Part shown: positions 31,208 to 43,359 of the stretch, piece after piece
Layout of the letters: every line of letters starts with the position of its first letter
Numbering within the stretch: the first letter of the stretch is position 1
Source: a virus
Length of the DNA: 64,000 nucleotides
Strand: one strand, 5' to 3'
IMG/VR virus record: IMGVR_UViG_3300027963_000048
Span: 51,615-115,614 of that record
Made by a program: the position numbers and the translations under genes
Notes under the pieces: generated by a model
Told to the model about the DNA's origin: nothing
What the model saw: the letters and a program-made list of their open reading frames with translations, nothing else
The model's database searches: none

Positions 31208-32338
31208 ATGATGATGATGACGACTTTTAATTACGTGACCACCAATGTTAAGTCTTTGCGAGCTCACGTTGATGAGCAGCGGACGAAAACCGGTCGGTTG
31301 TTACGCAAGACTTGCGACAAGATTGAGATTGATGGTCAGGCTGCCCATCCGACCTCTAGGTTTTGGAATAGCTTGTATAGCATGTACGGGTTCAATGGTG
31401 CGTTTTTCAAGTACTTCAGCCATGATGAAGTGTTCACGCGTCTCCAGGAGCGTGATGATGATAGGGAGATTCGGGTGTGTGTGGAGAGCGATAATGGGGT
31501 TGATAAGTTGCTTGCTTGTACAAATCCCAATTCTGGTCTGATCACTTATGATGAGTTGATGGATTTGACTAGCACCTTGGGTGGTGACAAGGTTCGTTAT
31601 GCCAATGGTGTGGTTGAGTCGTGTCACAAACCTGCGGTTGGTGCTGGTGATGTGTCGATTGGTGGTGATCAGTTTACACCACATGTTACGCTTTCAGCAC
31701 CTATCGATGGTTATGGGTTGCCTAGTTTGTATTTGAGCTTGCTGCGTCAGGTGTGTTCGAATGGGTTGGTTGCTATGGATAAGGCTTTCCAGAGTCGGAT
31801 TTCGGTTGGTAAGAAGGATGGCAATGTTTCTTATAGCATTGCTCGCCATTTGCAAGGTTATGGTAATGATGAGGGTTATTCTGCGATCAGGCAGCGGATT
31901 TCGTCGTCGCAGACTTCTAGAGCGTCGTTGTTTGAGGTGACTGATCTTTATAACGCTATCAGCCGTGTTAAGGAGAATATTTCTAGTGTTGCACCAGAGG
32001 ATACCGCTGGTTCGATGGTGCAGCAGGAATACGGGATGAGCAATCGGTTTAGCGTGTCGAGATCTTTGGTTAATCTGGCTGGTGATGTGTCGAGCTTGTA
32101 TGGTTTAGCGTCCACTAGCATGGTTAATACTAAGAAATTGAAGACGTTGCCAGCTAAGTGTAGTGTGTATGACTTGATCAATTTTGCTACTGAGGTAGCT
32201 ACTCACCATTCTGATACTACTGCTGCTCGGCGTTTGCATGGGTGGGTTGGTAGTTTGATTAGTAACGAGTATGATCTTGAGGGTGCTAAGATGACTTTGG
32301 ATAGCAATGGCTTCAAGGAATTACACCTTAGTGCATAA
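31208..32338 (+). CDS. DUF932-like protein
   Basis: DG....LRQVCSNGLV and C-terminal YDLINFATE..TH motifs. Confidence 0.65.
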   Translation: MMMMTTFNYVTTNVKSLRAHVDEQRTKTGRLLRKTCDKIEIDGQAAHPTSRFWNSLYSMYGFNGAFFKYFSHDEVFTRLQERDDDREIRVCVESDNGVDKLLACTNPNSGLITYDELMDLTSTLGGDKVRYANGVVESCHKPAVGAGDVSIGGDQFTPHVTLSAPIDGYGLPSLYLSLLRQVCSNGLVAMDKAFQSRISVGKKDGNVSYSIARHLQGYGNDEGYSAIRQRISSSQTSRASLFEVTDLYNAISRVKENISSVAPEDTAGSMVQQEYGMSNRFSVSRSLVNLAGDVSSLYGLASTSMVNTKKLKTLPAKCSVYDLINFATEVATHHSDTTAARRLHGWVGSLISNEYDLEGAKMTLDSNGFKELHLSA

Positions 32339-32428
32339 TATTTATTGGTTTAGGTGCGAGGGGGATTGCCCTCTCGCACTTTCTTTGTCACATGTGGTCG
32401 GTGGTTCACGTGTTAGGAGGGGTGTGTT

Positions 32429-33171
32429 ATGGCGTTTACTAAGATTTGGGAAGATTTTAAAGCGTGCAAGGAGCCGTATTTTCGACTCGAATTGCCTAAG
32501 CCGTCGATGGAGTTAACTGCTGCTGCGCCTCCTCGTATTAGGAAGATACATGAGGAAGCACCTAATTTGACGATTGTGGAAATTAAGACTGATTTGCTGG
32601 ATGATGGGCGGTTTGCATGTCTGAAGGCAATGCGCGATTTGGATGATCAGAGTGCTTTTGGATTGCTGTTGACGTGGTGGAGTATGTTCGCTTTGGGCAT
32701 TGGGATGAAGCAGGTTATCCCTATTGATAGGCTCTCTGGAAAGGGGTTGGCAGAGGATTTACATCAATGTGGTTTTGCTAATGTGGTTAAAAGAAAGAAA
32801 TCGGGTGCTGGATTGTACACTTATCATAGTGTACTGTCCAAGGTGGGGAAGCATACTAAAATTATTGGTGTGGATATTGAAGCTGCCGATTGCCCTTGTA
32901 AATTTTCAAGGAGTGCGTAATGCCTAGTTTTAAGTTGACTATTGGTGTTGAGGTGGATGTTGATAATGTGATGGATCCTACTACTAGTTTGAATGTTATT
33001 AACAATAGGATCTATGATAAATGTATTGCTCGGGATGATGTAGAGTTCGATGGTATGGGTTTTACAAATGGGCAGTGCGAATTCGGGTTCACAGTTGAAG
33101 CGGTTGAATTGGCTGATGCTTTGAGTGTGGTTGTTGAATGTATTAGGAATTCTAACATTGGAGGTGTATGA
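32429..33171 (+). CDS. Two hypothetical proteins (32429..32920, 32920..33171)
   Basis: AGGAGG RBS after element 32362, TAATG coupling. Confidence 0.7.
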
Positions 33172-33383
33172 TGGGTAGAGCTAAGGTTGGTGGCGTAGGT
33201 GCACGTGATAATCGTGAATCTATTTTACTGCGGGTTGAGCCGTCTGTGGCTGCTTTGATTCGTGAGGCTGCTAGGCGTGAGGAGCGTACTCTTACTGCTG
33301 TAATGACGCGTGCTTTGCGATCTTATTTGAAGACCGAGCATGGTCCTGCTGCTGTCGATGAATATTGTAATTCTGCAGGGTGA
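33168..33383 (+). CDS. Ribbon-helix-helix DNA-binding protein
   Basis: ILLRV.P.....IREAARREERTLTAVMTRALRSYL pattern. Confidence 0.7.
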   Translation: MMGRAKVGGVGARDNRESILLRVEPSVAALIREAARREERTLTAVMTRALRSYLKTEHGPAAVDEYCNSAG

Positions 33384-33474
33384 TAGGGGATTTCTTGCTC
33401 ATCTGATTTCTGTCACAATTGGTTGGTGAGGGAGAACGGTTTTTCCTCACCAAATGCGAAAGCGGGAGGTTGCG

Positions 33475-34116
33475 ATGAGTTTCTTGAATAATCTAAAGTC
33501 CAAGTCGGTTAACAAGGCTACTAAGACTGGTGCAAAGAAGGGCACCAGTTGGATGCTAACTGAGGCAGCTCATATTGACGCGGTCAACGAGATCGTGAAG
33601 CTCGACCGTGAGGTTGATGCTATCAATGCCAAGATTAATGTTCGGAAGAACATTCTTAAGGGTGTTGCTCAGGAAAAATGGCTTTCTGATTATGTCCGTG
33701 AATCTGGATCTCCAGAATCTCCGATGAAGCTGTTGACTCCTGAGGGAGAGAGCTTGACCTATGTGGTGCAGGATCGCAGCGGCCAGGTGAAGGTCTCTGA
33801 TGATCTTCGTGAGCAGCTCGTAGTTGAGATTGGGTCGGATGCGGTTGATCGTCTCTTGTACGAGGAGACCACGTTCAGCTTCAATCGTGTGGCGTTGATG
33901 AACCCACAGATTGAGAAGGCTGTTAGCAAGGCCCTTGAGGCCTTGGTTGAGCAGGTGGCCTCTATCGATCCTGAGATTTCGTTGTTGGATGTCGAGCAGA
34001 AGGTGGCTTATAAGAAGCTTGATAATTTGACTGAGATTTGTGGTCATGATAGGGGTGCTATCTCCCGATTCGTTGAATTAATCGGCAGTGCTTTGGTCCG
34101 ATATTTGAAGGTTTAA
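33475..34116 (+). CDS. Hypothetical protein
   Basis: GGAGG RBS after element 33387. Confidence 0.75.
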   Translation: MSFLNNLKSKSVNKATKTGAKKGTSWMLTEAAHIDAVNEIVKLDREVDAINAKINVRKNILKGVAQEKWLSDYVRESGSPESPMKLLTPEGESLTYVVQDRSGQVKVSDDLREQLVVEIGSDAVDRLLYEETTFSFNRVALMNPQIEKAVSKALEALVEQVASIDPEISLLDVEQKVAYKKLDNLTEICGHDRGAISRFVELIGSALVRYLKV

Positions 34117-34207
34117 GGTCGTCCCTTGATGGGGTGGGGGGATTTCTCTCCCACCCCTTTATTGTCACATCGAATTGTCAGTTTGATAATAATAAGGAGG
34201 CGCAACG

Positions 34208-36124
34208 ATGGAAGCTGCTGTTTGGGCTAATCAGTTGGATTGTAACAGCATTATCAAGCACCTTGATGTTGGTGCGTTGTTTAAATTTCCAAATGATGAT
34301 ATGGTGATGTTATATCACGGGCGCGGGTGGTATTCAAATCCGACCCATCCCAGGAATCCTTTGATTCGGTTTAAGACTGGGATGAATACTGGAGTTATTA
34401 GAATTAATTAATTGGAGGGTGTGCGATGGCTGTTAATGCGGTGAAGGTTACTGATCGTGTTTCTGGAATTGCTGGCATGAATGCCAAGTTGAAAGAGGCG
34501 TTGGCTTCCGTGTGGGTTTTGGAAGGGCACGATGGCTTTTGGTCTTATCAAGTTGGCGCCAAGCCTGATACTACTCCACCAAGTGGTGCTGTGTTGGGGA
34601 ATGTGGGTGGTGGTATGGTTGCCTTATTTGTTGAGAATCAGGTATTTAATCATTTGGTTGAGATTGGTAGTGGTGCGTAGTAGGGATTTCTCTCCTCTCT
34701 CAACCCTGTCACAATTTTGTGTGGTGGTAATAACAAGGAGTGAGAAATGACAACTTACATGATAGTTCGAAGATATCAGAATGCCTGTAGGGGGGGGGTG
34801 GTAGAGCGTGGTTTGAGCCTTGAGGAGGCTCAGGCTCACTGCCGTAACCCAGAAACGTCCTCTAAAACTGCCACATCCTCATGGGCTGTGACATTAACTG
34901 AGAAACGTGGCCCGCGGTTCGACGGGTACGAGGACGAGGGTTCGTTTCTATAAGGAGTATGGTGATGTGGCAAGATTGGTCAGCGATCCTCAATAGTGGG
35001 GATCGCACTGCGATTATCAGTTGGCTTGCCTGGAATGATCCAAGTGGGGTTTATCTGGATAGTGATTGCGAGCTTGAAGGCTTGCCTTGTCTAGATATTG
35101 ATGCTGCTAGGGATTATATGCGTCGGGCATTGGAGAATGGATAGTGGGGGGGGGATTTTCATCCTCTTCTGGTTGTGCCACAATATCGTGTCCTTTTTTG
35201 GAGGTGAGCGATGATAAAGAAGCAATCGTTGTCGGTGTGGCGTAAGCAGTTTGCTGCTGAATACTTGCGTCGCGTCGGTATTACCATTGAGGATGGTGGT
35301 GCTGATGGGGTTGTTGAAAATTATTTTTCTGATAGCTTCACGCCAGCGGAGGCGGTGGAGCGTGAGATAGAGAAGTATGATTTGGCTGATATGTCTAACA
35401 TGTTTGGGTGGATGTAAACACTTAGAAAGGGGTTAATATGTCATCTGATACTGCTGGTAAGTGTGTTGAAACAATGTCGAATGTTTCGCAAGATGATTTT
35501 GAGGGTTTGTTTGAATGTGAGGATGTGTTTCGTAGTGATATAGATAAAGCGATACAGTGTGTTTATTATTTTGATGGAGTTGGTGGTGAGGTGGCTCATT
35601 ATTTTCCGTCGTTGAAGAGTGGCACGATTTTTAAAGTGCCACGGATTTGGCATGAGTCTTTTAAACCCAATCTTACTTTCGTTAGGAAATGGTTTGAAGG
35701 CGAGGAGATATAAATATATTCTCCCATGTCGTTTGGGCTGTCACAATTTGATGTAACCAAAGGAGATTTTGCGATGAAAGTGATGAATCACGCTGAATAC
35801 CAAAAGAACCTCCAGAAGAAAAGCTGGAGTGCGTTGTGGTACACTGCAAAGGACGCAATGGAGGCTGCGCAGGCCTACCCTGAGGGAGAGAACGCGTCGT
35901 ATTACCTCGATGAGGTCAATTATTGCCTGGATGAGATTGCCAGGCGTAACAGGCTTGAATTGAAGGTGAAGGTGAAAGATCAAGACACCATTCACACGAT
36001 CTACTCCGACTTGTCGAAGGTGGGTTTTGTGATGAGGGAGATTTACCCTACTGGTCACTTGGTCAGTTGCAGAGCTTTCGATAAGGCTGCTGCTACTGAG
36101 TTGTTGTGTGGTGGGCTCAAATAG
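34208..36124 (+). CDS. Small early-type proteins: 34208..34411, 34426..34680, 34747..34953, 34959..35144, 35211..35417, 35438..35713, 35774..36124
   Basis: Each has an RBS, and most directly follow a GGGATTT-N17-TGYCACA element. Confidence 0.7.
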
Positions 36125-36540
36125 TGGGGAATCTCTCGCACCCCTTTCTTTAGTGCTTTGTGTGCAAATGGTACGATTACTGCGGATTTGTAGATTAGGG
36201 TAAAGCGTCGCTTTGATTTGTTGCGACAGTTGCGTGAGCTTGATGCGTAACGGCACCCAGTTGCCGAGCCACCTTGTACTTGTGGGGTGGAGCTGGAGGT
36301 ATAGCCCCTGAGCCTTACGTTGTTCGGTGCAATCACCTGTGCCTTATATCGGGGGATGGTGTTGGCGCGAACAGACTCTCCGTCTGTTACAAGCCCTAGG
36401 TTAGGTGCGTACTGCGTTGGTATTAAACACTAAACCTAGATTCAAGTAATTGAGAGATTCTTGGAGCTTTGATGGGGTGCCACAATTGAGAGGTCAGCAA
36501 TTGGAGCTGTGTGGCACCCCATCATTTTTGGAGATGAACA

Positions 36541-36825
36541 ATGGATACTGATGAATCTTACTCGAAGTTGAAAACTCGTGCAGAGCGATTGTTGGTATTA
36601 GTGCGTCAAAACGCGCCCTTTGAAATTATTTTCAATGAGATTATGCTGTTGCATAATATGATGCCTGAGTTTGAGGAAGCTTACATTAAATGGGTTGTAA
36701 GCCAGGCGAAACGTACAATTGAGAAGAATAGGAATACACGCGGGTTATGTTCAGAATGCCCGGCACAGTTGGGGGATGGTGAGGAGATCTGGTGTGAAGC
36801 GTGTGGCAAGCAATATGATGTGTAA
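36541..36825 (+). CDS. Hypothetical protein with C-terminal CxxC...CxxC zinc ribbon
   Basis: GGAG RBS, CSEC...CEAC. Confidence 0.65.
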   Translation: MDTDESYSKLKTRAERLLVLVRQNAPFEIIFNEIMLLHNMMPEFEEAYIKWVVSQAKRTIEKNRNTRGLCSECPAQLGDGEEIWCEACGKQYDV

Positions 36826-36831
36826 TTGATG

Positions 36832-36862
36832 GGGAGGCAGCCGAGAGGCTGCCTCCCTTTTT
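36832..36862 (+). terminator. Intrinsic terminator
   Basis: GGGAGGCAGCC-GAGA-GGCTGCCTCCC followed by a T-run. Confidence 0.85.
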
Positions 36863-36936
36863 ATTCATATATATAAGGATGCTGGGCGAGGATTTCTCCC
36901 CGCCCAGCGTGTTTCCTCTCTGGAACATGTAGTATG

Positions 36937-37817
36937 CTACTGGATGAGGGAATTAAATATATGCATTCCATGGCCGCGGACAATAAAACTAGCGTAATCG
37001 GTTGCAATGTCGAAGTTTTCGAAAATATGTTTGGTCAATTCGCCCTTCATAATTAATGGGATGTGTTTTTCTCTTTTTAAAAGAGCAATTTGGTCTGGTC
37101 CTGTTCTTGCTTCGTTTCGCCTATCGAAAATGCCGACGAGGCCATCGCATAGGGTGACAAAATCTGGTTCATCCATCACAACCGTAGTGATATGTCGGCC
37201 ATTTACATTGAATTCTTTTTTGAATGGTGCGCTCATATTGCTCCTGTGGTTAAGTCGTGTCCGTTTCATTTTGGCATCAGCCGGGTGGTAGAGTAATTAC
37301 TCCACCACCGTTTTTGTTAAGCGAAGAGTGGAAAGCCTGGGACTTTTCCAGAGCTGTTGGTTACGAGGCGGCCCAGAGCTGTTGGTTGGCGCTGTGAGAT
37401 ATGCGGTCGGTTACATTCTCCGCCACTACGATCTCTAGGATCTTATTAGCGACGCGTGTTAGGGTGTCTCGGTCTGTGTGCCAACTGTAGCTAGTGCACG
37501 CTGATCCGTCTTGAATTGGCTCGTCTTTGTAGTAGATGGTATAGCGGACGAGTGGTTGGTCATTGTCTGCTTCGCCATAGTCTCCATTTAATCCTTCTCC
37601 GTCATATGAGAGGATAACTTGATGGTCGCCGGTGCTACTTACTATGTCATCGAAATGCATGTTAGCTCCTTTGGGGTAGGTTGTTGTGGGCGTCTTGTGG
37701 CACCTTAGGTGCTACTGCGAATTTCTCTGGCCACTTGGGTGCCTCCGGGCAATCTTTGGCGTGAAATTGAACGTCAAAGAAGAAACTATACTCGTATTTG
37801 CAATGCGGGCAGCTCAT
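36937..37817 (-). CDS. Three small proteins (36937..37236, 37361..37660, 37662..37817)
   Basis: GGAG RBSs, co-oriented. Confidence 0.6.
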
Positions 37818-37948
37818 TTGATCTCCTTGTGTTGGATCACCTCGATTGTTTGTGACAGCGCAGTTGATGTGGGATAATGGGTTTTCCCCTGTCGTTATGT
37901 CTGTCACAATTTGATGCAGTTTGATTCCCAGTAACCGCGGAGGCTAAG

Positions 37949-40514
37949 ATGAGATATCGTGAGTTCATCAAACCTTGGATCGTGGGCCCGATGGCAGAGT
38001 GGGAAATCATGGAGATCGGTCGGGCATGCCGCACGCCAAATGGTAAGGGCATCAACCTTACGTGTCTCACCGACGGAGGTGAGAGGGTGTTGAGTGTGCG
38101 AAAAACCGGCGGCGAAAAATACAACAACGTTGCCATCACAGAATGGTGGGACAAATACCTTGGCCTGATGCCATCGCGTCTGGACTGCCCTAAGACCCCA
38201 AAGGGAAGCGTGGTAGTGAAGGTGGTCCCGATAGAATAGTGGACAGGCATGTTGGTGGGGGGATTTCTCTCCCCGCCTTTGACTGTCACAGGAGGGAGTG
38301 ACGGGACGAATGACACACGGAGAAACGGAATGCTAGACCAAATTGCGGAAATTGCGAATATGGTACAAGCTCAACCAATCATCAAGTTTGTCGAGACAAT
38401 CGACGACGAGTGGCACCGGTGGGTTTTGTCTGGCGCCAGAGTTGGGTCCGCTGCCCCTTGGGCTCTCACGTTCGATACTGAAATAGATGGTCGAGATCTT
38501 GTTGTGGAGAGTGCTGTTGGGCTTTCTGAACCAGAGAGTCAAGAATTGTTGCTCCAGATCCATCAGCTTGTCGAATTCCCAGAAGTGCCAGAGTAGGGGG
38601 ATTTTTCTCCCCTCGCCTTTGGCTGCCACAGAATTATGTAACCGACCTCAAACCAAGGAGACGACGATGGAATTCAAAAAAGGCATCCTTTGGGGCGGGA
38701 AATTTGGACGCCCACCCACGGTCGAGCTCCCCACGCCGGGAGCCAATCAGGGGAAGATCATTGATTACATTCAAGAGGAACACAGGATTTTTTTCGAGGT
38801 CGGCTATTTTGCCGACGGGCTCTGGTGTTCCTTCGAAAGGGCTTTCGACCATGAGGAAGCATTAGAGAAACAAGCTAGGCTGGCATATAGTCACCAGCGT
38901 GACTGGGCAATCGTACAGGTTGACATCAAGATCACACGAAAGTTTGTGTAGGGGGGGATTTCTCCCTATTTGGCAGACTGTCACAATTTACTGGTGGTGA
39001 AATTGGTGTCAGGGAGTGCGACAATGACTTACAGTATTACGCGTTTTTTTGAAAACGGCAGCCGGGAATCGATCGCTACGGGTTTGAGCCTAGAGGAGGC
39101 GCAGACTCACTGCAAGGATCCGCAGACAAGTTCCAGGACTGCGTCGGAGTCCTGGGCTGTGGCTCTGACTGCTGAGCGCGGAAGGTGGTTTGATGGGTAC
39201 GAGTCAGAGGATAATTTTATCTAGGGGTGATTATCCTATTCATGGGACCCTGCCACAATTTGTTGTGGTGGGGCTTGTGGGTCATAGAAAGGGATATTAG
39301 CTATGGCTGTGTGGCGTTATCGTGACTGTGTCAGTACGTTTAACGTTGGCGGTCAAGACCGCCAAGTTCGTATCCACTGGATCGAACATCGTCGTAATGT
39401 CGATAATGTCGAGCTCGACTATTATGAGTTCGTGGACGGGTTAGACCCAGTAGAACTGGATCTAGACTTGGTGGAGTTCGAAGCGGTTCAAAATTCGACC
39501 CATTATTTGAGGTGGAATCATGATTGCGATTTGGAAGAATTGCCTAGGTTAAATTTAGAAGAAGGAGATGGTAATGTACGGTGAACCCTCATCTTATTAT
39601 GATTTCTTCACACCTACGTTTAGCGAGCTAATTCATGATTACGCTCGTGGCGTAGGTGACCAACATCCTGATCGCTGTTGGCTCACCACCCCTTATGACA
39701 CCTTTGTACGTAACCCATTTTATGCCGGACCGGAACAGCCTTGCCCTGAACTTTAATCGAACGCAAACGGGTGGGGGGGATTTCTTCCCCCACCTTCTAC
39801 TGCCACAAAATAATGTAACCGACCAATAACCAAGGAGGCCAAAATGATCGAGCTAGAATTTGACATGTCTGTGCAGTTAACTGACACCGAGAAGCTGTCG
39901 GCCATGCTCAGGTCGATTGCTGACCAAATCGACAGCGGCGCGTGTGGCAGCAAGATCATTAAGGATGGCTTGGCCGGCCAGTGGAGACTCTACGACCCAT
40001 ACGAGCAATAGTGGAGGGGGGATTTCTTCATCTGGCTTCTATTGTCATAATTTGGTGTAACCAAGGTAGTCGGGCTGTCACAGCTCGATGGGGACGGAAA
40101 GCTAACGTTAGGAGGTCTGGGATGTCTTACTTGGAAGCTGCGTTTGATGCGGTGATCAAGGACAGCAAGCCGTCGGAGAAGTGGTATGTGGTCCTCATGG
40201 AGGATAGCTCCTATTATGGAGGCCCGGAAGAAGGGGGCTGGTGGGGACATGATACTGACGTGCTGAAGTACGCGGTATTTAATAACGAGGAAGCGGCTTT
40301 GCAAGCCAAGGAGCGCGTGAAGGAGTTGGCTGCTGAGTTGGAGGCCCAAGCTCGCACTGAGTATGGTGAGGGGTGTTTACGGCAGTTGGAGTGGTTGGAT
40401 GCTCGCGGCTTGGATGCGGATTTCTTTCCTGAGGATGATGGTCCGAGTAGGTATTGGGTTTATTGTGGCCAGGAGATTCCTCAGCCCTCGGTTGGTCCGA
40501 GGCATTATGAGTAA
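37949..40514 (+). CDS. Small early-type proteins: 37949..38239, 38330..38596, 38667..38951, 39024..39224, 39303..39584, 39568..39756, 39844..40011, 40122..40514
   Basis: One gene per element, starts set from RBS. 39844..40011 (55 aa) is absent from the ORF track but is paralogous to 47598..47816. Confidence 0.72.
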
Positions 40515-40525
40515 ATAGGTTATTG

Positions 40526-40608
40526 CTCACCGTGGTGTAATGGCAGCCACAACGGACTTAAAATCCGTTGCTCGAAAGGGCGTATGGGTTCGAGTCCCAT
40601 CGGTGAGA
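40526..40608 (+). tRNA. tRNA-Leu(TAA)
   Basis: Acceptor CTCACCG/CGGTGAG, anticodon arm ACGGA-CTTAAAA-TCCGT, long variable arm, ATGGG-TTCGAGT-CCCAT, discriminator A. No encoded CCA. Confidence 0.92.
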
Positions 40609-40617
40609 TTTGAAAGG

Positions 40618-41001
40618 ATGTCAAGGATGGTTAAGGTTCGGTTTCATTTGGCGCGTGGTGCCAATTTTAAGACGTGGCAGGTTATTGATAATGGTGTGGT
40701 TCGGTATTACGATCCAGATGCGGTGTGTTTAAGGATGTTCGGTTGTCGTTTGAAGAATCGTCGTCGAGTGGCAGATAAGATTTTTGCTGGCGAGGATAAG
40801 ACGGTGTGTGCTTGGATTGATTGTGAGCGGGTTGAGGTGGGCGATAGTTCCTCCTTGGAAACACGAGATAATCAGAATATATTGTCTTTTAATCCGAAGG
40901 TTGTACCTTATTGGGTTCGCGATGGTGAGTGTGCTGAGAATCTCGATGGGATGGTATTTTCTGAAATAATTAGTAGGGGTCGTCGTCTTATTGTAATCTA
41001 A
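40618..41001 (+). CDS. Hypothetical phage protein
   Basis: KVRFHLARG.NF..WQ motif. Start moved downstream of the tRNA. Confidence 0.7.
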   Translation: MSRMVKVRFHLARGANFKTWQVIDNGVVRYYDPDAVCLRMFGCRLKNRRRVADKIFAGEDKTVCAWIDCERVEVGDSSSLETRDNQNILSFNPKVVPYWVRDGECAENLDGMVFSEIISRGRRLIVI

Positions 41002-41061
41002 TGGGAATGGGTGGAGTTCACCCATTCCACATTGTTCGTTTAGTCCAGGGTCTTGTGGTGG

Positions 41062-41640
41062 TTAGTTGGTGCCCCATGGGTTGGAAGGCAACAAGTGCCT
41101 ATACGCTTTGCACAAGTATTCTTCAAGGTCTTCATCCTCCTGGAGGGCTTTCATGGCGTCAGAAGTGTTGCCATGCACGCGTTCACTTATTACACCATTC
41201 GGGTAAGATACTTGCACGATGCGGAAACTGAGACCTTCCCATTCCACTGGCTTTCTGAAGATTCTGACTTTATCACTGGCGTAATCGAACATCAGTCTTC
41301 TCCTTGTGGCTGGGGGCGGCTTGCCGGTCGTCAGCTCGCTCCCCCCGGCCCCGCTTTATTATGACAGCCCCCGGCGCCGGGGGAAATCCCCCCCCGCAGC
41401 GCGGCGGAGGGGCATCACCTGTTATTGCTCGGCATTGGCACAGAATTGTGACAACTTCCAGGACGCTTCACTGCCGAGGACGTCGGCTAGTGCTCTGTGA
41501 ATTTCCGTCGTGGGTCCTCCGGCGGAGACCCACGAGTGGTATTCGTTGAGGTGTTTCAATGTTTGGCCATATTCGCTGATTGCGTACGCTTCGTACGCTT
41601 CTAGCAGGCAAGCTTCAGGGTCCAACTCTTCAGGGTCCAT
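41062..41640 (-). CDS. Two small proteins (41062..41292, 41422..41640)
   Basis: Each is downstream of a minus-strand element (41360, 41677) and has an AGGAG RBS. Confidence 0.7.
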
Positions 41641-41784
41641 CTTAAACCTCCTTATTCTAGTGCCGTCACATCATTCTGTGGCAGTGCGTGCGAGATAGGA
41701 GAATCCCTATATGGGGGGGATTTCCTCCTGGCGTGACGGGTGTCACAGATGGGTGTGACCGAAGTAACCCTAGGAGACCCAACG

Positions 41785-42777
41785 ATGGAATTCTTGAAAT
41801 CAGTCGAATTCGAGTTTGAAGGCAGCCTCTTCATTGCCACTCTGACTGACTCGGACGCGATGTCGGTGGCGGAGATCGATGTGTTTGGGCGAGACGATGA
41901 CGCAAGAAATCGTCTCGAAGATGACGATTTCTATGACAGGATCTATCAGCATGTGAACAATCGTTTCGTTTAATGTTGCGTGTGGTGGAGGGGGGGATTT
42001 TTCCCCTCCACCATTGCTGTCACAGTAAATCGTTAATGCAAAGGGGACTGCGATGGAAAGAAAAAGTGGCGTACCGGTGTTGCACTTCTGCGATGAGGAC
42101 CTGACACTCATCGGAATCGATCCAGAGCGCGTTGATGACGAAGCGTTCGAGCGCATCCTAGACGGGTTACGCGAATATTACAACACATCCTTCACGGATG
42201 TGTTGCAGGACATTGTGGCAGGTGTGTTGGACGGAGATTAGCCAACTGGCGGCAGTGGGGATTCCTCCCTCACCTGCCGACTGCCATAAGTTGGTATAAG
42301 GAGATGATGATGAAAAACGTCAGCGCACCGAAGCGTGTAGAACGCAAAATCACGATTGTTATCGACCAGACTCGCGTGAGCCGTGGCCACTTGGCAACGA
42401 GTGGGGCTGGGACTCACCAAGATCGTCGCCAAAGGCGGCGAAAGACTCGGTCGGCGGCACTTATGGCTTGCATGGAATAGGGGGATTTCTCACCTGCCTT
42501 TTGTCTGTCACAATTGGTTATGAGAAGCCAAGCCGAGTGACGCTTGGCTAGTGGGTTACTTGTCAGACCAATCATTCACATGGAGCCGAACATGACCAAG
42601 CACCAGACAGCGCTATACGAAGCAACTACCACACTGATGGCTAAGCTCTCCATAATCTCAAACTATTTGGGTGTCGCCCTTATGTATAACGACGACGGTA
42701 AACTCAAAAAGGCGATCGAACAACTCGATGAGGCCCAGAATCTCGCCATCACCATCCACAACAGTACCTCCCGATAA
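41785..42777 (+). CDS. Small proteins: 41785..41973, 42053..42241, 42304..42480, 42592..42777
   Basis: One per element. 42304..42480 (58 aa, basic, GAGTHQDRRQRRRK) was read by hand. Confidence 0.68.
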
Positions 42778-42955
42778 AGGCATAATCTCCCCCACGGCAT
42801 CTAAAGCTTGCGTAAATGCTTCCGCAAAAACGTCGACACAAATGTAGTTGCGCACTAACCTTGGAAACGGTGCGCGAGTTCAGGTGGGGGGATTTCTCCC
42901 CCACCATTTGGCTGCCACAGTTTAACGTAACCGACCCAAAACCAAGGAGACGAAA

Positions 42956-43357
42956 ATGAGCATCAGCGATTACAACATGATGACAGTCGGCAAAGCTAAT
43001 TTCACACTTGCTAATGACAAACACCGATGGACATATCAGATCAACCAAAGCAAAGACGGAAGATGCTACTTCGTCAGTGTCCTGTCCGGCGCGGACAATA
43101 ACGCTGACTATGCGTACCTTGGCATCTTCAAGCCTGAGAACGGGTCAGTCAGTCTCACAAAGGCATCGCGGTTCACGCCAGAATCAATGCCCTTCAGGGC
43201 TGTAGCCTGGCTAGTGCAAACACTCAAAAAAGGCGAGCCGCTAACTCATAACTTCGAGCTAAAATGGGCCGACCAATGCCAACGATGTGGCAGGACACTT
43301 ACTGTCCCATCATCGATAGATAGTAGAATTGGGCCAGAATGCGCTAAGAAGGTGTAA
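42956..43357 (+). CDS. DUF6011-like zinc-ribbon protein
   Basis: CQRCGRTLTVPSSI..RIGPEC C-terminus, VL.G.DN..DY.YLG. Confidence 0.75.
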   Translation: MSISDYNMMTVGKANFTLANDKHRWTYQINQSKDGRCYFVSVLSGADNNADYAYLGIFKPENGSVSLTKASRFTPESMPFRAVAWLVQTLKKGEPLTHNFELKWADQCQRCGRTLTVPSSIDSRIGPECAKKV

Positions 43358-43359
43358 CC

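Noticed and set aside
33411-34190. TGTCACA as an ECF41-type -35 box (TGTCACA-N16-CGTC)
   Set aside because: In the copies checked (33411, 34163) no CGTC follows at 16 nt. The conserved partner box lies 17 nt upstream instead.
40540-40617. N-terminal extension of ORF 40540..41001
   Set aside because: Overlaps tRNA-Leu. The real start is 40618 or 40627.
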